This document shows positions 1 to 9,063 of a DNA stretch of 64,000 nt, piece after piece. Made by a program: the position numbers and the translations under genes. Every line of letters begins with the position of its first letter. The stretch's first letter is position 1. The stretch is from NCBI GenBank assembly GCA_903861145.1, contig CAIOTH010000106.1, positions 8,442-72,441 on the forward strand, written 5' to 3'. Origin of the DNA: an uncultured Bacteroidota bacterium (GTDB lineage: Bacteria > Bacteroidota > Bacteroidia > Chitinophagales > LD1). The notes below the pieces were generated by a model. That model was not told where the DNA came from. It did no database searches and was given only the letters and a program-made list of their open reading frames with translations.

Positions 1-655
1 GGCTAACGCAGGCCATTTTATAATCTTCAGTAACCGGTGCCTCAACCGATGCAATAAACGGACTGCCTATAGATATACCACAAGCCCCTGCATCAATCAT
101 CTTCCGCATTTGTGCGCCATTGCCCACACCACCGGCCGATATTACCGGCAACTTACAACTCTTCTTAATCGCCCTAATCAAATCAAGCGGAGCAATTTTA
201 CCTGCGTGGCCACCGGCCTGGTTGTTTACACATATCAGTGCATCGGCACCCATGGCTTCCACTTTTAACGCATAAGCCTCATCAATTACGTCGCAAAAAA
301 CTTTAATGCCGGCTGGTTTGCATGCCTTAATTATGTGTGCAGGCGAGCCCAGAGAAGTAATAATAAAACCAACCTTATATTCAACGCAGGTTTTAAGTTG
401 CTCCTCTAACCTTAGGTTAGATTTGTTGGCTATTAAGTTAATGCCAAAAGGTTTGTTGGTAGCACTGCGTATTTCATCTAAGGCCTTTCTAAAGTCGGCA
501 TCGGTTCTATAGTTAAGGGCGGGTATAGCACCTGTAATACCGGCTTTGCACGCTTCAATAATCATTTTGGCATTGCTTACCAAAAACATAGGCGCAACAA
601 TTACCGGGTATTCAATACCCAGCATACGGGTTAAATCTGTTTCTATCTTTTGCAT
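1..655 (-). CDS. Nitronate monooxygenase family (2-nitropropane dioxygenase-like) FMN enzyme, 3' end outside window
   Basis: Not in ORF track. Manual translation from ATG at 655: MQKIETDLTRMLGIEYPVIVAPMFLVSN...KPFGINLI...AGGHAG...PVISAGGV, open to the window edge. Confidence 0.88.
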   Translation of the reverse strand, partial: MQKIETDLTRMLGIEYPVIVAPMFLVSNAKMIIEACKAGITGAIPALNYRTDADFRKALDEIRSATNKPFGINLIANKSNLRLEEQLKTCVEYKVGFIITSLGSPAHIIKACKPAGIKVFCDVIDEAYALKVEAMGADALICVNNQAGGHAGKIAPLDLIRAIKKSCKLPVISAGGVGNGAQMRKMIDAGACGISIGSPFIASVEAPVTEDYKMACVS

Positions 656-690
656 GTCATTAATTTCGGGTGGTAAAGGTAAAGAAAAAT

Positions 691-722
691 GTGTTTAGGT
701 GCATAGGTGTTCATGTGTTCAC
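691..722. repeat. Four tandem imperfect octamers (GTGTTTAG GTGCATAG GTGTTCAT GTGTTCAC)
   Basis: 8-nt periodicity read directly in the divergent intergenic region. Confidence 0.55.
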
Positions 723-1063
723 GCTTAGAATTCGAAGCTCCGGATAAAATGACAATTTTATGACACAACGCTAACTCATACTCTGCGCGACACATTCGCA
801 CTCTCAAAATTCACCGATGAAAAATTAAGGCTTACCGAATACTAAGCTGATATTATGGAATTAGCGGCCAAAGTGCATCTGCATACTACAATAAGCAATA
901 CCTATCGGCGTTTGATAGCGAAATAATCGCTTTTTAGAGGTGGAAAACAGGGTAATTCCTTTTTTAGGGAAAAATTTTGAAAAGTGAAAATAAGAGATAT
1001 TTTTACGCTCCATTTCAAAAAGGCAAAAAGCTAAATTTTAATAACCAAAAACGTAAAAAGAAC

Positions 1064-1873
1064 ATGGCTCAGGCAAGCGCAGCACCACAGAAAAAAGCAG
1101 GATTCGACTGGACTATTCTGGTAATCCCTGTATCTCTGGTAGTATCTATTGTATTATTTATTTTCGTATTCGGTGCTCCAAAACACTTTACCACCGAAAC
1201 AAAAGAAACCCCAATACCAGGCGATGCTTTTGGTATAATTTACAAAGGTGGTTTTATAGTACCTATTTTGATGACTTTCCTGTTAACCGTGTTTACTTTT
1301 TCAATTGAAAGATTTATGACCATTGGCAAAGCCCGTGGAACAGGATCTTTGGAAGCGTTTTTGCAAAAAGTAAAATCGTTATTACATGCAAATGATATTA
1401 ACGGTGCAATTGCTGAGTGCAACAAGCAAAAAGGTTCGGTAGCCAACGTGGTAGTTGAAGGCCTTTACAAATACCAGGAAATGGACAAGAACACTGAATT
1501 TACGCTTGAGCAAAAAGTTCAGCACATTCAACAGGAAATTGAAGAAGCTACTTCGCTTGAATTGCCTAGCCTTGAGCAAAACCTGCCTATTCTAGCTACT
1601 TTGGCATCGGTATCAACACTCGTAGCCCTTTTAGGAACGGTATTGGGTATGATTCGCGCCTTCTCAGCTATGGCCGTAACAGGTAACCCTGATCCTGCAA
1701 AACTATCTGCCGGTATCTCTGAGGCCCTTATCAATACAGCTATTGGTATCGGTACTTCGGCTTTATCAATTATCATGTATAACATCTTCACCACCATGAT
1801 TGATAAATTAACTTATGGAATTGATGAGATTGGATACTCTATAGCTCAAACATTCGCTTCAACAAGGAAGTAA
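1064..1873 (+). CDS. exbB: MotA/TolQ/ExbB proton channel protein
   Basis: TLVALLGTVLGMIRAF...GISEALINTAIGI motif. ATG at 1064 preferred over TTG at 977. Confidence 0.92.
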   Translation: MAQASAAPQKKAGFDWTILVIPVSLVVSIVLFIFVFGAPKHFTTETKETPIPGDAFGIIYKGGFIVPILMTFLLTVFTFSIERFMTIGKARGTGSLEAFLQKVKSLLHANDINGAIAECNKQKGSVANVVVEGLYKYQEMDKNTEFTLEQKVQHIQQEIEEATSLELPSLEQNLPILATLASVSTLVALLGTVLGMIRAFSAMAVTGNPDPAKLSAGISEALINTAIGIGTSALSIIMYNIFTTMIDKLTYGIDEIGYSIAQTFASTRK

Positions 1874-1905
1874 TTTTGTAACGCTTAAGTATTAAAACCA
1901 GCAAT

Positions 1906-2559
1906 ATGCCAAAGGTTAAAGTCCCAAGAAAAAGTACTGCAGTAGATATGACCGCCATGTGCGACGTATCTTTCCTGTTGCTTACTTTCTTCATTCTAAC
2001 AGCCAAGTTTAAACCTGAGGAATTAGTAGCCGTAGATATTCCAATGTCGCGTTCAACTAAAAGCTTCAGCGATGCAATTACCATATTGCTTAATAAAGAT
2101 GGTAAGGCATTTATAACAATTAACGAGTCGCTTACCCGCCTTAACATGCTTGACCAAATGGTTGAAAAGTATGGCGATAAGTATCCCGAGTTAAAAACAC
2201 TTACTCCACTGCAGAAGCAGTTTTTCAGCAAAATCGAAACATGGGGTGGCCCTGTAAGCGAACTTCCTAAAGTGCTTAGTATGGATGGAGTGCAATTGCA
2301 GGCATGGCAAAAGCAAATGCCGGGTATTCCTATCGATTCTTCAAACAATCAATTAGGAGATTGGGTGCAAGCAGCCAGATATGCTACCAACGGCGATATT
2401 AAAATTGCAGTTAAGAGCGATAAGGATACCAACATACAGCCGGTTAAAGATGTAGTTAAAGATTTAACTGCAAAAGACATCCACCGCTTTTTATTGGTAA
2501 CCACCCTGGCGGGGCCGGGTAGTGCCGATGCAGGAGCCGCAAAAGATGATAAGAAGTAG
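1906..2559 (+). CDS. exbD: ExbD/TolR biopolymer transport protein
   Basis: VDMTAMCDVSFLLLTFFIL transmembrane motif, follows exbB. Confidence 0.9.
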   Translation: MPKVKVPRKSTAVDMTAMCDVSFLLLTFFILTAKFKPEELVAVDIPMSRSTKSFSDAITILLNKDGKAFITINESLTRLNMLDQMVEKYGDKYPELKTLTPLQKQFFSKIETWGGPVSELPKVLSMDGVQLQAWQKQMPGIPIDSSNNQLGDWVQAARYATNGDIKIAVKSDKDTNIQPVKDVVKDLTAKDIHRFLLVTTLAGPGSADAGAAKDDKK

Positions 2560-2593
2560 TAGTAATTACTAAACTTAAAAGAAACGGAATAAG

Positions 2594-3196
2594 ATGGCAG
2601 AAATAGATACCTCCGGGGGGGGCGGGAAGCATAAAGGTGGCGTCCGCTCCAAAAAAATGTCAACCCGGGTTGACCTTACACCTATGGTGGATTTGGCGTT
2701 CCTGCTTATCACTTTCTTTATGTTAACTACAACCCTTAGCAAGCCTAAGGCCATGCAGTTAAACATGCCTAAGAAGACTGATAACGAGAAAGACAAACAG
2801 GAAGTTGGCGAATGCCAGGTTTTAAATGTATTGATTGATACCCTTGACCAGGTTTGGTATTACGAAGGCTTACAGGTAGCGGGTTTACAAAAAACCGGCT
2901 TCGATCCATCGGCTAAAGATGGGGGCGTACGTAAAGTGGTTTTGGATATGATGAAAAAGGTGCCTAACACCTGCCCGCTTACCAGCAAAGGCAATAAGCG
3001 CGATGCCATTGTGTTAATTAAGATGTTAAAGGGTGCGCGGTACAAAAACATGGTAGACATTTTGGATGAAATGGATGTTACAGGCTGTAAAATATACGCC
3101 ATACAGGAACCCGATCCTATTGAGGTAGAGGCGGTAGAAAATGGCGGTACGGTTAAAACATTCAATAAGGATGTGGTACAGGAAACGCAGAAGTAG
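2594..3196 (+). CDS. exbD: Second ExbD/TolR biopolymer transport protein
   Basis: VDLTPMVDLAFLLITFFML motif and YKNMVDILDEM. Confidence 0.9.
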   Translation: MAEIDTSGGGGKHKGGVRSKKMSTRVDLTPMVDLAFLLITFFMLTTTLSKPKAMQLNMPKKTDNEKDKQEVGECQVLNVLIDTLDQVWYYEGLQVAGLQKTGFDPSAKDGGVRKVVLDMMKKVPNTCPLTSKGNKRDAIVLIKMLKGARYKNMVDILDEMDVTGCKIYAIQEPDPIEVEAVENGGTVKTFNKDVVQETQK

Positions 3197-3245
3197 TTGT
3201 GGAAATATTTAGTTCATGCATCATAAAGAAAGAATAAGGTAAAGC

Positions 3246-4043
3246 ATGGAAACATCAAGAAGTTTTCTGGGTTGGTCAATGGACGATATCGTCTTTGATA
3301 ATCGTAATAAAGATTACGGTGCCTACCAGCTTAGAATTTTAGCCAAAAAGAACGTAAGAACCGGCTTGCTGATTGCTATATTCAGTTTTGCTGCGTTGTT
3401 AGTGTTATCGCAAATTGACTGGGGCTTTTTAAAAAGTAAAGAGGATAAAACGATTGAAACTAACGTAACGTTGGCCGAGCCACCGCCGTTGGATAAAACC
3501 CCTCCTCCGCCACCACCACCGCCACCTCCGCCACCAACAAGGCCAACGGTACGGTTTGTGGAAATGATTGTAAAGAAACAGAAAGAGGTGCATGATGAAG
3601 AGCCGCCTCCTCCGCCACCACCTGATGATAAATCTGAAATTTCGACTAAAACGCAGGAAGGCGATCCTAACGCAAAGGCTTCTATTGATGAGCCTGTGGT
3701 ATCGGAAGCACCGGTTGTTGAGCAACCTAAAATTTTCACCTTCGTTGAGCAAAACCCTCAGTTTCCGGGTGGCGATGGAGAGTTGATGAAGTTTCTGCAA
3801 AAGAATATCCAGTACCCGCAAATGGAACGCGATAACGATATTCAGGGTAAGGTATTGTTGCGATTTGTGGTTATGGAAGACGGTTCAGTTTCGGATGTTA
3901 CTGTGGTGCGTGCGGTAAGCCCGGGCCTTGATAAAGAAGCTGTGCGCGTGGTAAAAATGTTACCTAAGTTTAGCCCAGGTAAGCAACAAGGTAAGGCAGT
4001 AAGGGTTTACTTTAACCTGCCGGTTGTATTCAGGCTACAGTAG
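3246..4043 (+). CDS. tonB: Energy transducer TonB
   Basis: IVFDNRNKDYGAYQLR N-terminus, one TM helix, poly-Pro linker, TonB_C domain (YPQME...QGKV...F...PGKQQGKAVRV). Confidence 0.92.
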   Translation: METSRSFLGWSMDDIVFDNRNKDYGAYQLRILAKKNVRTGLLIAIFSFAALLVLSQIDWGFLKSKEDKTIETNVTLAEPPPLDKTPPPPPPPPPPPPTRPTVRFVEMIVKKQKEVHDEEPPPPPPPDDKSEISTKTQEGDPNAKASIDEPVVSEAPVVEQPKIFTFVEQNPQFPGGDGELMKFLQKNIQYPQMERDNDIQGKVLLRFVVMEDGSVSDVTVVRAVSPGLDKEAVRVVKMLPKFSPGKQQGKAVRVYFNLPVVFRLQ

Positions 4044-4064
4044 TTTTTATAATATAAACACTCA

Positions 4065-4108
4065 TGCAAAATCATAATCGTTCCGTGGTGAATGGTTATG
4101 ATTTTGCA
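4065..4108 (+). terminator. Intra-operon 19-bp stem-loop after tonB (partial terminator or mRNA-stabilising hairpin)
   Basis: TGCAAAATCATAATCGTTC / GAATGGTTATGATTTTGCA with a 6-nt loop and only a short T tail. Confidence 0.55.
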
Positions 4109-4121
4109 GTTTAAGGACAAG

Positions 4122-4352
4122 ATGGATAAGTTGAATCAGTTTTTTAGAAAGGTGTACTCCAGTCCGCTGGTGATGTGGAATGGAACAGCTGCAGTTATTT
4201 TTTTGGTTATAGGGCTAACTGTTATGCTAGTGCCCTCGGTTATGGGTGCTGATAACACTATCCGGTACGGATTTGGCAGCATGCTTACTATTTACGGCAT
4301 CTTCAGGTTCTGGACTTTTTACAAATCGGTTAATACCAGGGATGATGCTTAA
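4122..4352 (+). CDS. Small two-TM membrane protein
   Basis: Two hydrophobic helices ending in YGIFRFW. ATG at 4122 preferred because ATG 4092 lies inside the hairpin. Confidence 0.65.
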   Translation: MDKLNQFFRKVYSSPLVMWNGTAAVIFLVIGLTVMLVPSVMGADNTIRYGFGSMLTIYGIFRFWTFYKSVNTRDDA

Positions 4353-5298
4353 ACACTACCCTGCTCTGTCCGTTGTTGCGCTCCTGTTTCTATTCTCCTC
4401 ATGCGCCCAAAAGCGCACTGCCGAAAACACCAATATAGGCACTGAGAAAATATATAAGGGTGAATTTACCTTAGATGTTGACCCGGGTTTAGAACATGTA
4501 ATGAAACTGCAACAGGAAGTTTTTGAATACGCACACCCCGATGTAAAACTCAACATTCAGTATAAAAACGAGGCCGATATGATGGCCGATTTCAAAAGCA
4601 AAAGAGCAACGGTATTGGTAATGGCCCGCGATCTTGATTCGCTGGAAAAAGTGGCACTTGAGCAGCACGATACCCTTTATGTGCGCGAAATAAAAATTGC
4701 CAGTGATGGCGTTGCTTTAATTGGCAACAAATCGTTTGATGATAAGGCCCTGGATATTGCAACGCTGAAGAAGTATTTCGACCCCGCGAATACATCAACC
4801 GAGGTACCTGAAATGGTTTTTGAAGACCAGCATAGCAGCGTGGTGAAGTTTATGCTGAATAAACTTGGGTACAAAGAGAAGGTCTCAACACATGTATATG
4901 CGCTTAAATCGACCGAAGAGGTGATTAATTATGTCGAAAAAAGCAAAAATGCCATTGGCTTTATACCCTTTAATTTTTTGAGCGATGTTGAAAGTGATGG
5001 CGTAAAGAAGCTTTTGGATAGCATAAAAATTTTAAGTTTGCGCGCCAAAGACAAGGATGGCAAAGAAATAATAGTAAGCGCCAACCAAAGCGATATAGCT
5101 ACAGGCGATTATCCACTAACACGCAACATCTATACCGAAATGCGTTTTAGTTATGAGGATAACCTGGAGTGGTTGTTCGTGAATTTTTTGTTTAAAGGCC
5201 AGGGCGAACGGATATTTTTGAAAGATGGCTTAATACCCGCACGAATGCCTGCGCGTGATATAGATGTTAATACTGATGGGCTGAAAGCAAGGAATTAG
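4342..5298 (+). CDS. PstS-like substrate-binding lipoprotein
   Basis: Lipobox LFLFSSC from ATG 4342, IASDGVALI, NAIGFI and GDYPLTRNIY motifs of the PBP_like fold. Confidence 0.8.
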   Translation: MMLKHYPALSVVALLFLFSSCAQKRTAENTNIGTEKIYKGEFTLDVDPGLEHVMKLQQEVFEYAHPDVKLNIQYKNEADMMADFKSKRATVLVMARDLDSLEKVALEQHDTLYVREIKIASDGVALIGNKSFDDKALDIATLKKYFDPANTSTEVPEMVFEDQHSSVVKFMLNKLGYKEKVSTHVYALKSTEEVINYVEKSKNAIGFIPFNFLSDVESDGVKKLLDSIKILSLRAKDKDGKEIIVSANQSDIATGDYPLTRNIYTEMRFSYEDNLEWLFVNFLFKGQGERIFLKDGLIPARMPARDIDVNTDGLKARN

Positions 5299-5344
5299 AA
5301 ATTAGGCATGGTTTTAGTTTGTATATAAAAAACAGCATAATAAA

Positions 5345-6928
5345 ATGAAAAATGTAACTCTGTTAGCGGTGGCATTATTGATGGTGGCCAGTGTTTTTGG
5401 CCAAACATTGCAGGATGCACAGCGCGAATTGGATAACGAGAATTATTTTAAAGCAAAGCAGGTTTTGTTTAAGCTACTGCATGACGGCACTTCAAACAAA
5501 TCTGAAGTGGCGTATTATTTAGGTAACGCCTACTTAAAAAGTGATGACGCCGACTCCGCTAAACTGTTTTACAAAATGGTTTTCGACCCGGATACGAAGA
5601 GCCCGATGAGTTATGTTGCTAAGGGCAGAATTGCCTTGCTGCAAAAAAATAGTAATGATGCTAAAACGAATTTCGACCAGGCATTAAGGGGTAGTAAATA
5701 CAAAAACGCCAACATCTATTTCGAAATTGGCGATGCGTATTTCAGGCCTAATATTATTGACCTGCAGGCTGCCATTAGCAACCTGAAATCTGCTTTGGAT
5801 TTAGACCCGAAGAATACTTCCATTATGCTTGAGTTGGGTGATGCTTACCTTGAGAACTCGGCAACCGACCCACAAGGCGGCGGACAAGCTATGAACCAGT
5901 ATCAAAACGCACGTGGCGTTAACAGCAACCTATCTATTGCATGGATAAAAGAAGGCCGTTTGGATATGCGCGGACAAATTTATGACCAGGCTATTGATGC
6001 TTTTAAAAAAGCCTTAGCAATTGACCAGAACTATCCTATCGTTCACAAAGAATTAGGTGAAGCTTATTACTGGACGAAGCAGTATGATAAAATGATTGAT
6101 GAGTTTCAGAAGTATGTTGCTCTAAGCCCCGGTGATTCGAAAGCGAGAGTTGCGTTGCTGGAAATGTTATTTAGAAACAAGGCTTACGACAAGGTTGCTG
6201 AAGAAGCAGGCAAGGGATTAAAGAGCGATCCTAACAACGTTGATTACCTGCGTTTTCAAATGTATTCGAACTTTGAGTTGAAGAGATACAAAGAGGGGTC
6301 CGATGCTGCAAATACGCTTTTTGCAGTACCTGGTATTAAGCCTAAACCACGCGATTATATTTACGGTGCGCGTTTAGCGGGCCAGGTAGGCGATACTGCA
6401 CGCGCTTTTAATTACTTCAAAATTGCTATTGGGAACGACTCAAGCAATTGTGATTTAGTAGGAGAGTATGCTAAGATTTTATATGGCGCCAAGCATTATG
6501 CTGATGCCATAAACCAATACAATGCTAAAAAAGCAAGGTGTGGTGATTTGAAAGCCCTTGACTATTACTATATAGGCCGTGCTTCGTTATTGCTTGACGA
6601 CTCGTTAGGTGCTGATACCGCCTTTGGCAGCTTTATTGCCAAAAGCCCTACTACGCCTGATGGTTACTACTGGAGAGCCAGAACCAACCTGAAGATTGGC
6701 AAGTTTGAAGATTACAATTCGCTGCCTTACTATTCGGATTACATTAGGTTGGCTGAACCTACTGCCGCCAGCCATAAAGACAACATGATTGAATCGTACC
6801 AGTACCTGGGTGTTTATTATTTGGAGAAAGTGAAGGACAAAGCCAAGGCTAAGGAATATTTACAAAAAGCTTTGGAGCTTGACCCTAACGACCAAAACAC
6901 GATTGAATTCTTAAAGCAGATTAAGTAG
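5345..6928 (+). CDS. Secreted tetratricopeptide repeat protein
   Basis: Signal peptide and many TPR units (AYYLGNAY, ALELDPND). Confidence 0.85.
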   Translation: MKNVTLLAVALLMVASVFGQTLQDAQRELDNENYFKAKQVLFKLLHDGTSNKSEVAYYLGNAYLKSDDADSAKLFYKMVFDPDTKSPMSYVAKGRIALLQKNSNDAKTNFDQALRGSKYKNANIYFEIGDAYFRPNIIDLQAAISNLKSALDLDPKNTSIMLELGDAYLENSATDPQGGGQAMNQYQNARGVNSNLSIAWIKEGRLDMRGQIYDQAIDAFKKALAIDQNYPIVHKELGEAYYWTKQYDKMIDEFQKYVALSPGDSKARVALLEMLFRNKAYDKVAEEAGKGLKSDPNNVDYLRFQMYSNFELKRYKEGSDAANTLFAVPGIKPKPRDYIYGARLAGQVGDTARAFNYFKIAIGNDSSNCDLVGEYAKILYGAKHYADAINQYNAKKARCGDLKALDYYYIGRASLLLDDSLGADTAFGSFIAKSPTTPDGYYWRARTNLKIGKFEDYNSLPYYSDYIRLAEPTAASHKDNMIESYQYLGVYYLEKVKDKAKAKEYLQKALELDPNDQNTIEFLKQIK

Positions 6929-6947
6929 TTTGTTTTTGAAATCTTTT

Positions 6948-6987
6948 AAAGTGCCCTTCCGGATTTTCGGAAGGGCACTTTGCTTTT
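6948..6987 (+). terminator. Intrinsic terminator of the exbB operon
   Basis: AAAGTGCCCTTCC...GGAAGGGCACTTT hairpin followed by GCTTTT. Confidence 0.75.
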
Positions 6988-6989
6988 CA

Positions 6990-7126
6990 CCCCCTCCGTC
7001 CCCTAAAGGGGAAACCAAGGCAGAAATGCAAACAGCCGCTTTGCAACCCTCTAACTCCCCAAAGGGGAGAACCGCTGCGCAGTAATACAAACCGCCAGCC
7101 CTTCTGTCCCCTAAAGGGGAAACCAA
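6990..7126. repeat. Cluster of three REP-like hairpins, TCCCC(T)AAAGGGGA core (type A)
   Basis: Cores at 6999, 7056 and 7107. Same core and AATGCAAACAGCCG linker recur at 12427-12620. Confidence 0.8.
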
Positions 7127-7216
7127 AACAGCGCGCCTATTTAATTCTCAAAATATTTCTGTTCAAACTTTATGGAATAATTTATTTGCTGCGTTATATA
7201 TCAAAACCATCATACT

Positions 7217-8044
7217 ATGAACGCAAAGTATTCAAACACCAGTATGCTTGATATGGTATTCGAGCATCGCAATAAGGCCTACGGCGCATACGTGCTGCGT
7301 AGAGAATACAACAAATCGCTACAACAGGCAATACTCTATATCCTGTCGGTGGTAACCCTGTTTTGCTTTGGTAATTTTATACGGGAGAATATGAAGCCGA
7401 AGCAAAAATATACAGCCCTGGCCGGAACGGTTGTAACAACCTCAGATGTTCAACATAAAATTACACCACCGGCACCAAAACCCATACCGCAACCCAAGCC
7501 TCCGGTTCAACATCCAATTGACGTTGCTACCGCTGATAACCGCGAAAAGGCGGTTGTGAAAGATGATAAGGCACCTGCTGATTCTATTCCAGCAACAAAG
7601 GATTTGGCAAATCTTGAATCGGGATTGAAAGCTAACCCCAATGGCACCACGGGTTTAGGAGCAACAGATGGTGACGGTAAAGACCACGTGGTTGAAGCCG
7701 CGAAACAGGTTGAGCCATCGAATAAACCTTTGCCCACTTTTGTTGAGGTAATGCCCGAATTTCCGGGAGGAGAGAAGGCGCTACTTGCTTTTCTGGCACA
7801 TAACGTTGAGTATCCGCAAATGGAAAAGGACAATGGTATACAAGGAAGAGTGCTGACCCAGTTTACCGTAAATGAAGATGGAAGTATATCTGATGTTCAG
7901 TTTTTAAGAAGCCCATCGAATGGTTTTAATAAGGAGGTAGGTCGGGTATTGAAAAGAATGCCTGCGTTTAAACCGGGTATGCAGTCTGGCAGAGCAGTTA
8001 AAGTGAGGTTTACTTTACCGGTGGCGTTTACATTAAAAGATTAG
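7217..8044 (+). CDS. tonB: Second energy transducer TonB
   Basis: MVFEHRNKAYGAYVLR, TM helix, Pro-rich linker, TonB_C (YPQMEK...FKPGMQSGRAVKV). Confidence 0.88.
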   Translation: MNAKYSNTSMLDMVFEHRNKAYGAYVLRREYNKSLQQAILYILSVVTLFCFGNFIRENMKPKQKYTALAGTVVTTSDVQHKITPPAPKPIPQPKPPVQHPIDVATADNREKAVVKDDKAPADSIPATKDLANLESGLKANPNGTTGLGATDGDGKDHVVEAAKQVEPSNKPLPTFVEVMPEFPGGEKALLAFLAHNVEYPQMEKDNGIQGRVLTQFTVNEDGSISDVQFLRSPSNGFNKEVGRVLKRMPAFKPGMQSGRAVKVRFTLPVAFTLKD

Positions 8045-8066
8045 TGCACCCATGCACAACACGTTA

Positions 8067-8130
8067 GGTTCTCCCTTTCCGATGCAAATACTTTTGACTG
8101 ACACATGGTATTTATTGGGAGGGGAGATGC
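8067..8130 (-). repeat. Degenerate type B long-hairpin repeat between convergent genes
   Basis: Minus strand reads GCATCTCCCCTCCCAAT...TCGGAAAGGGAGAACC, matching the ends of the 15437 and 16213 copies. Confidence 0.6.
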
Positions 8131-9063
8131 TTAATGGTTGGCCTTATTAAAAGTATCTGCCAATAACCGTGTATATACTATTGCACCGGCTTGGTTAATA
8201 TGGGTTTGATTGAAGAACATGGCTTTTGTAAAACCCGGCCTGTCGTAAAAATTAAATTCGCTGATGTTATACCGAGCTTCAATATTTCGTAACTCGGAAT
8301 AATAGATTTCTATATTTTGACCGTGCTCATTTGTGGCGCGACAAATGGGCGCCATCATAAAAAACACTTTGCAATGTTGGGCTGTGCAATAAGCGCAAAG
8401 CGAATCGAGTTTTTTGAAGGCGTTTTTATCGCAACTAAGGGTTAAGCTAAACGTATCTGTGCTGCCGTGATAATCGGGGTTTAGCAGGGGTTCAAACCCG
8501 CGGTGGTTCAACATTACGTCATTGTTGTTCTCAGCAGAAAAAGAAGTGGCTGTTGCTTCTCCTTTTAAATTATCATCCATGTACGATATGGCTATAAACG
8601 GATAGCGATTGCCTAAAAGTAAGCTGGGTTCGATAAATGCAAGTTCGTTCATTCCTACATCGTGTATATGCGGGTAAAACTGCGGGTAGTAAAAAACTTC
8701 ACTATCGCGTTCCATAGTATAGGGATCGAGGTTGATGAAAATGTATTTGGGTTTGTGTTGTTCGATAAAACGGCGGGTTAATATATCAATGAGTGTAAAA
8801 TTAGCACCATCGATGCCAGCGTTGTAGGAGAGGATACCGGTTAGTGAATCGAACAGGAGTGGATTGATGTTTCTCAATACCCGCGAACTGCCCATAAAAA
8901 CAGCATCGTAGTGGGTGGTGTTGTGTAAAATGTGATTGAGTTTACCGGTTGGGCCTTCGTTGGTTTTGTTCAATGCATTACAAACATGGTAATAGTACAC
9001 CGATGCCGCTGTTATTGAAAACAGCGCCACTGCTACAATTTGTATGAAGAACCGGTTTCGCAT
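8131..9063 (-). CDS. Membrane-anchored SGNH-like protein, partner of the MBOAT acyltransferase
   Basis: N-terminal TM, FMGSSR, YNAGIDG and FFNQTHINQAG motifs. Start overlaps the MBOAT stop. Confidence 0.7.
   Translation of the reverse strand: MRNRFFIQIVAVALFSITAASVYYYHVCNALNKTNEGPTGKLNHILHNTTHYDAVFMGSSRVLRNINPLLFDSLTGILSYNAGIDGANFTLIDILTRRFIEQHKPKYIFINLDPYTMERDSEVFYYPQFYPHIHDVGMNELAFIEPSLLLGNRYPFIAISYMDDNLKGEATATSFSAENNNDVMLNHRGFEPLLNPDYHGSTDTFSLTLSCDKNAFKKLDSLCAYCTAQHCKVFFMMAPICRATNEHGQNIEIYYSELRNIEARYNISEFNFYDRPGFTKAMFFNQTHINQAGAIVYTRLLADTFNKANH

Noticed and set aside
3478-3625. CCN trinucleotide runs and the antisense poly-Gly ORFs (3323-3739, 3429-3821)
   Set aside because: Explained by the poly-Pro linker of TonB. 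The antisense ORFs are shadows.
6990-7126. Three hairpins with 51-57 bp spacing as a mini CRISPR array
   Set aside because: Units are degenerate, linkers recur at 12427-12650 rather than being unique spacers, and no cas genes are present.
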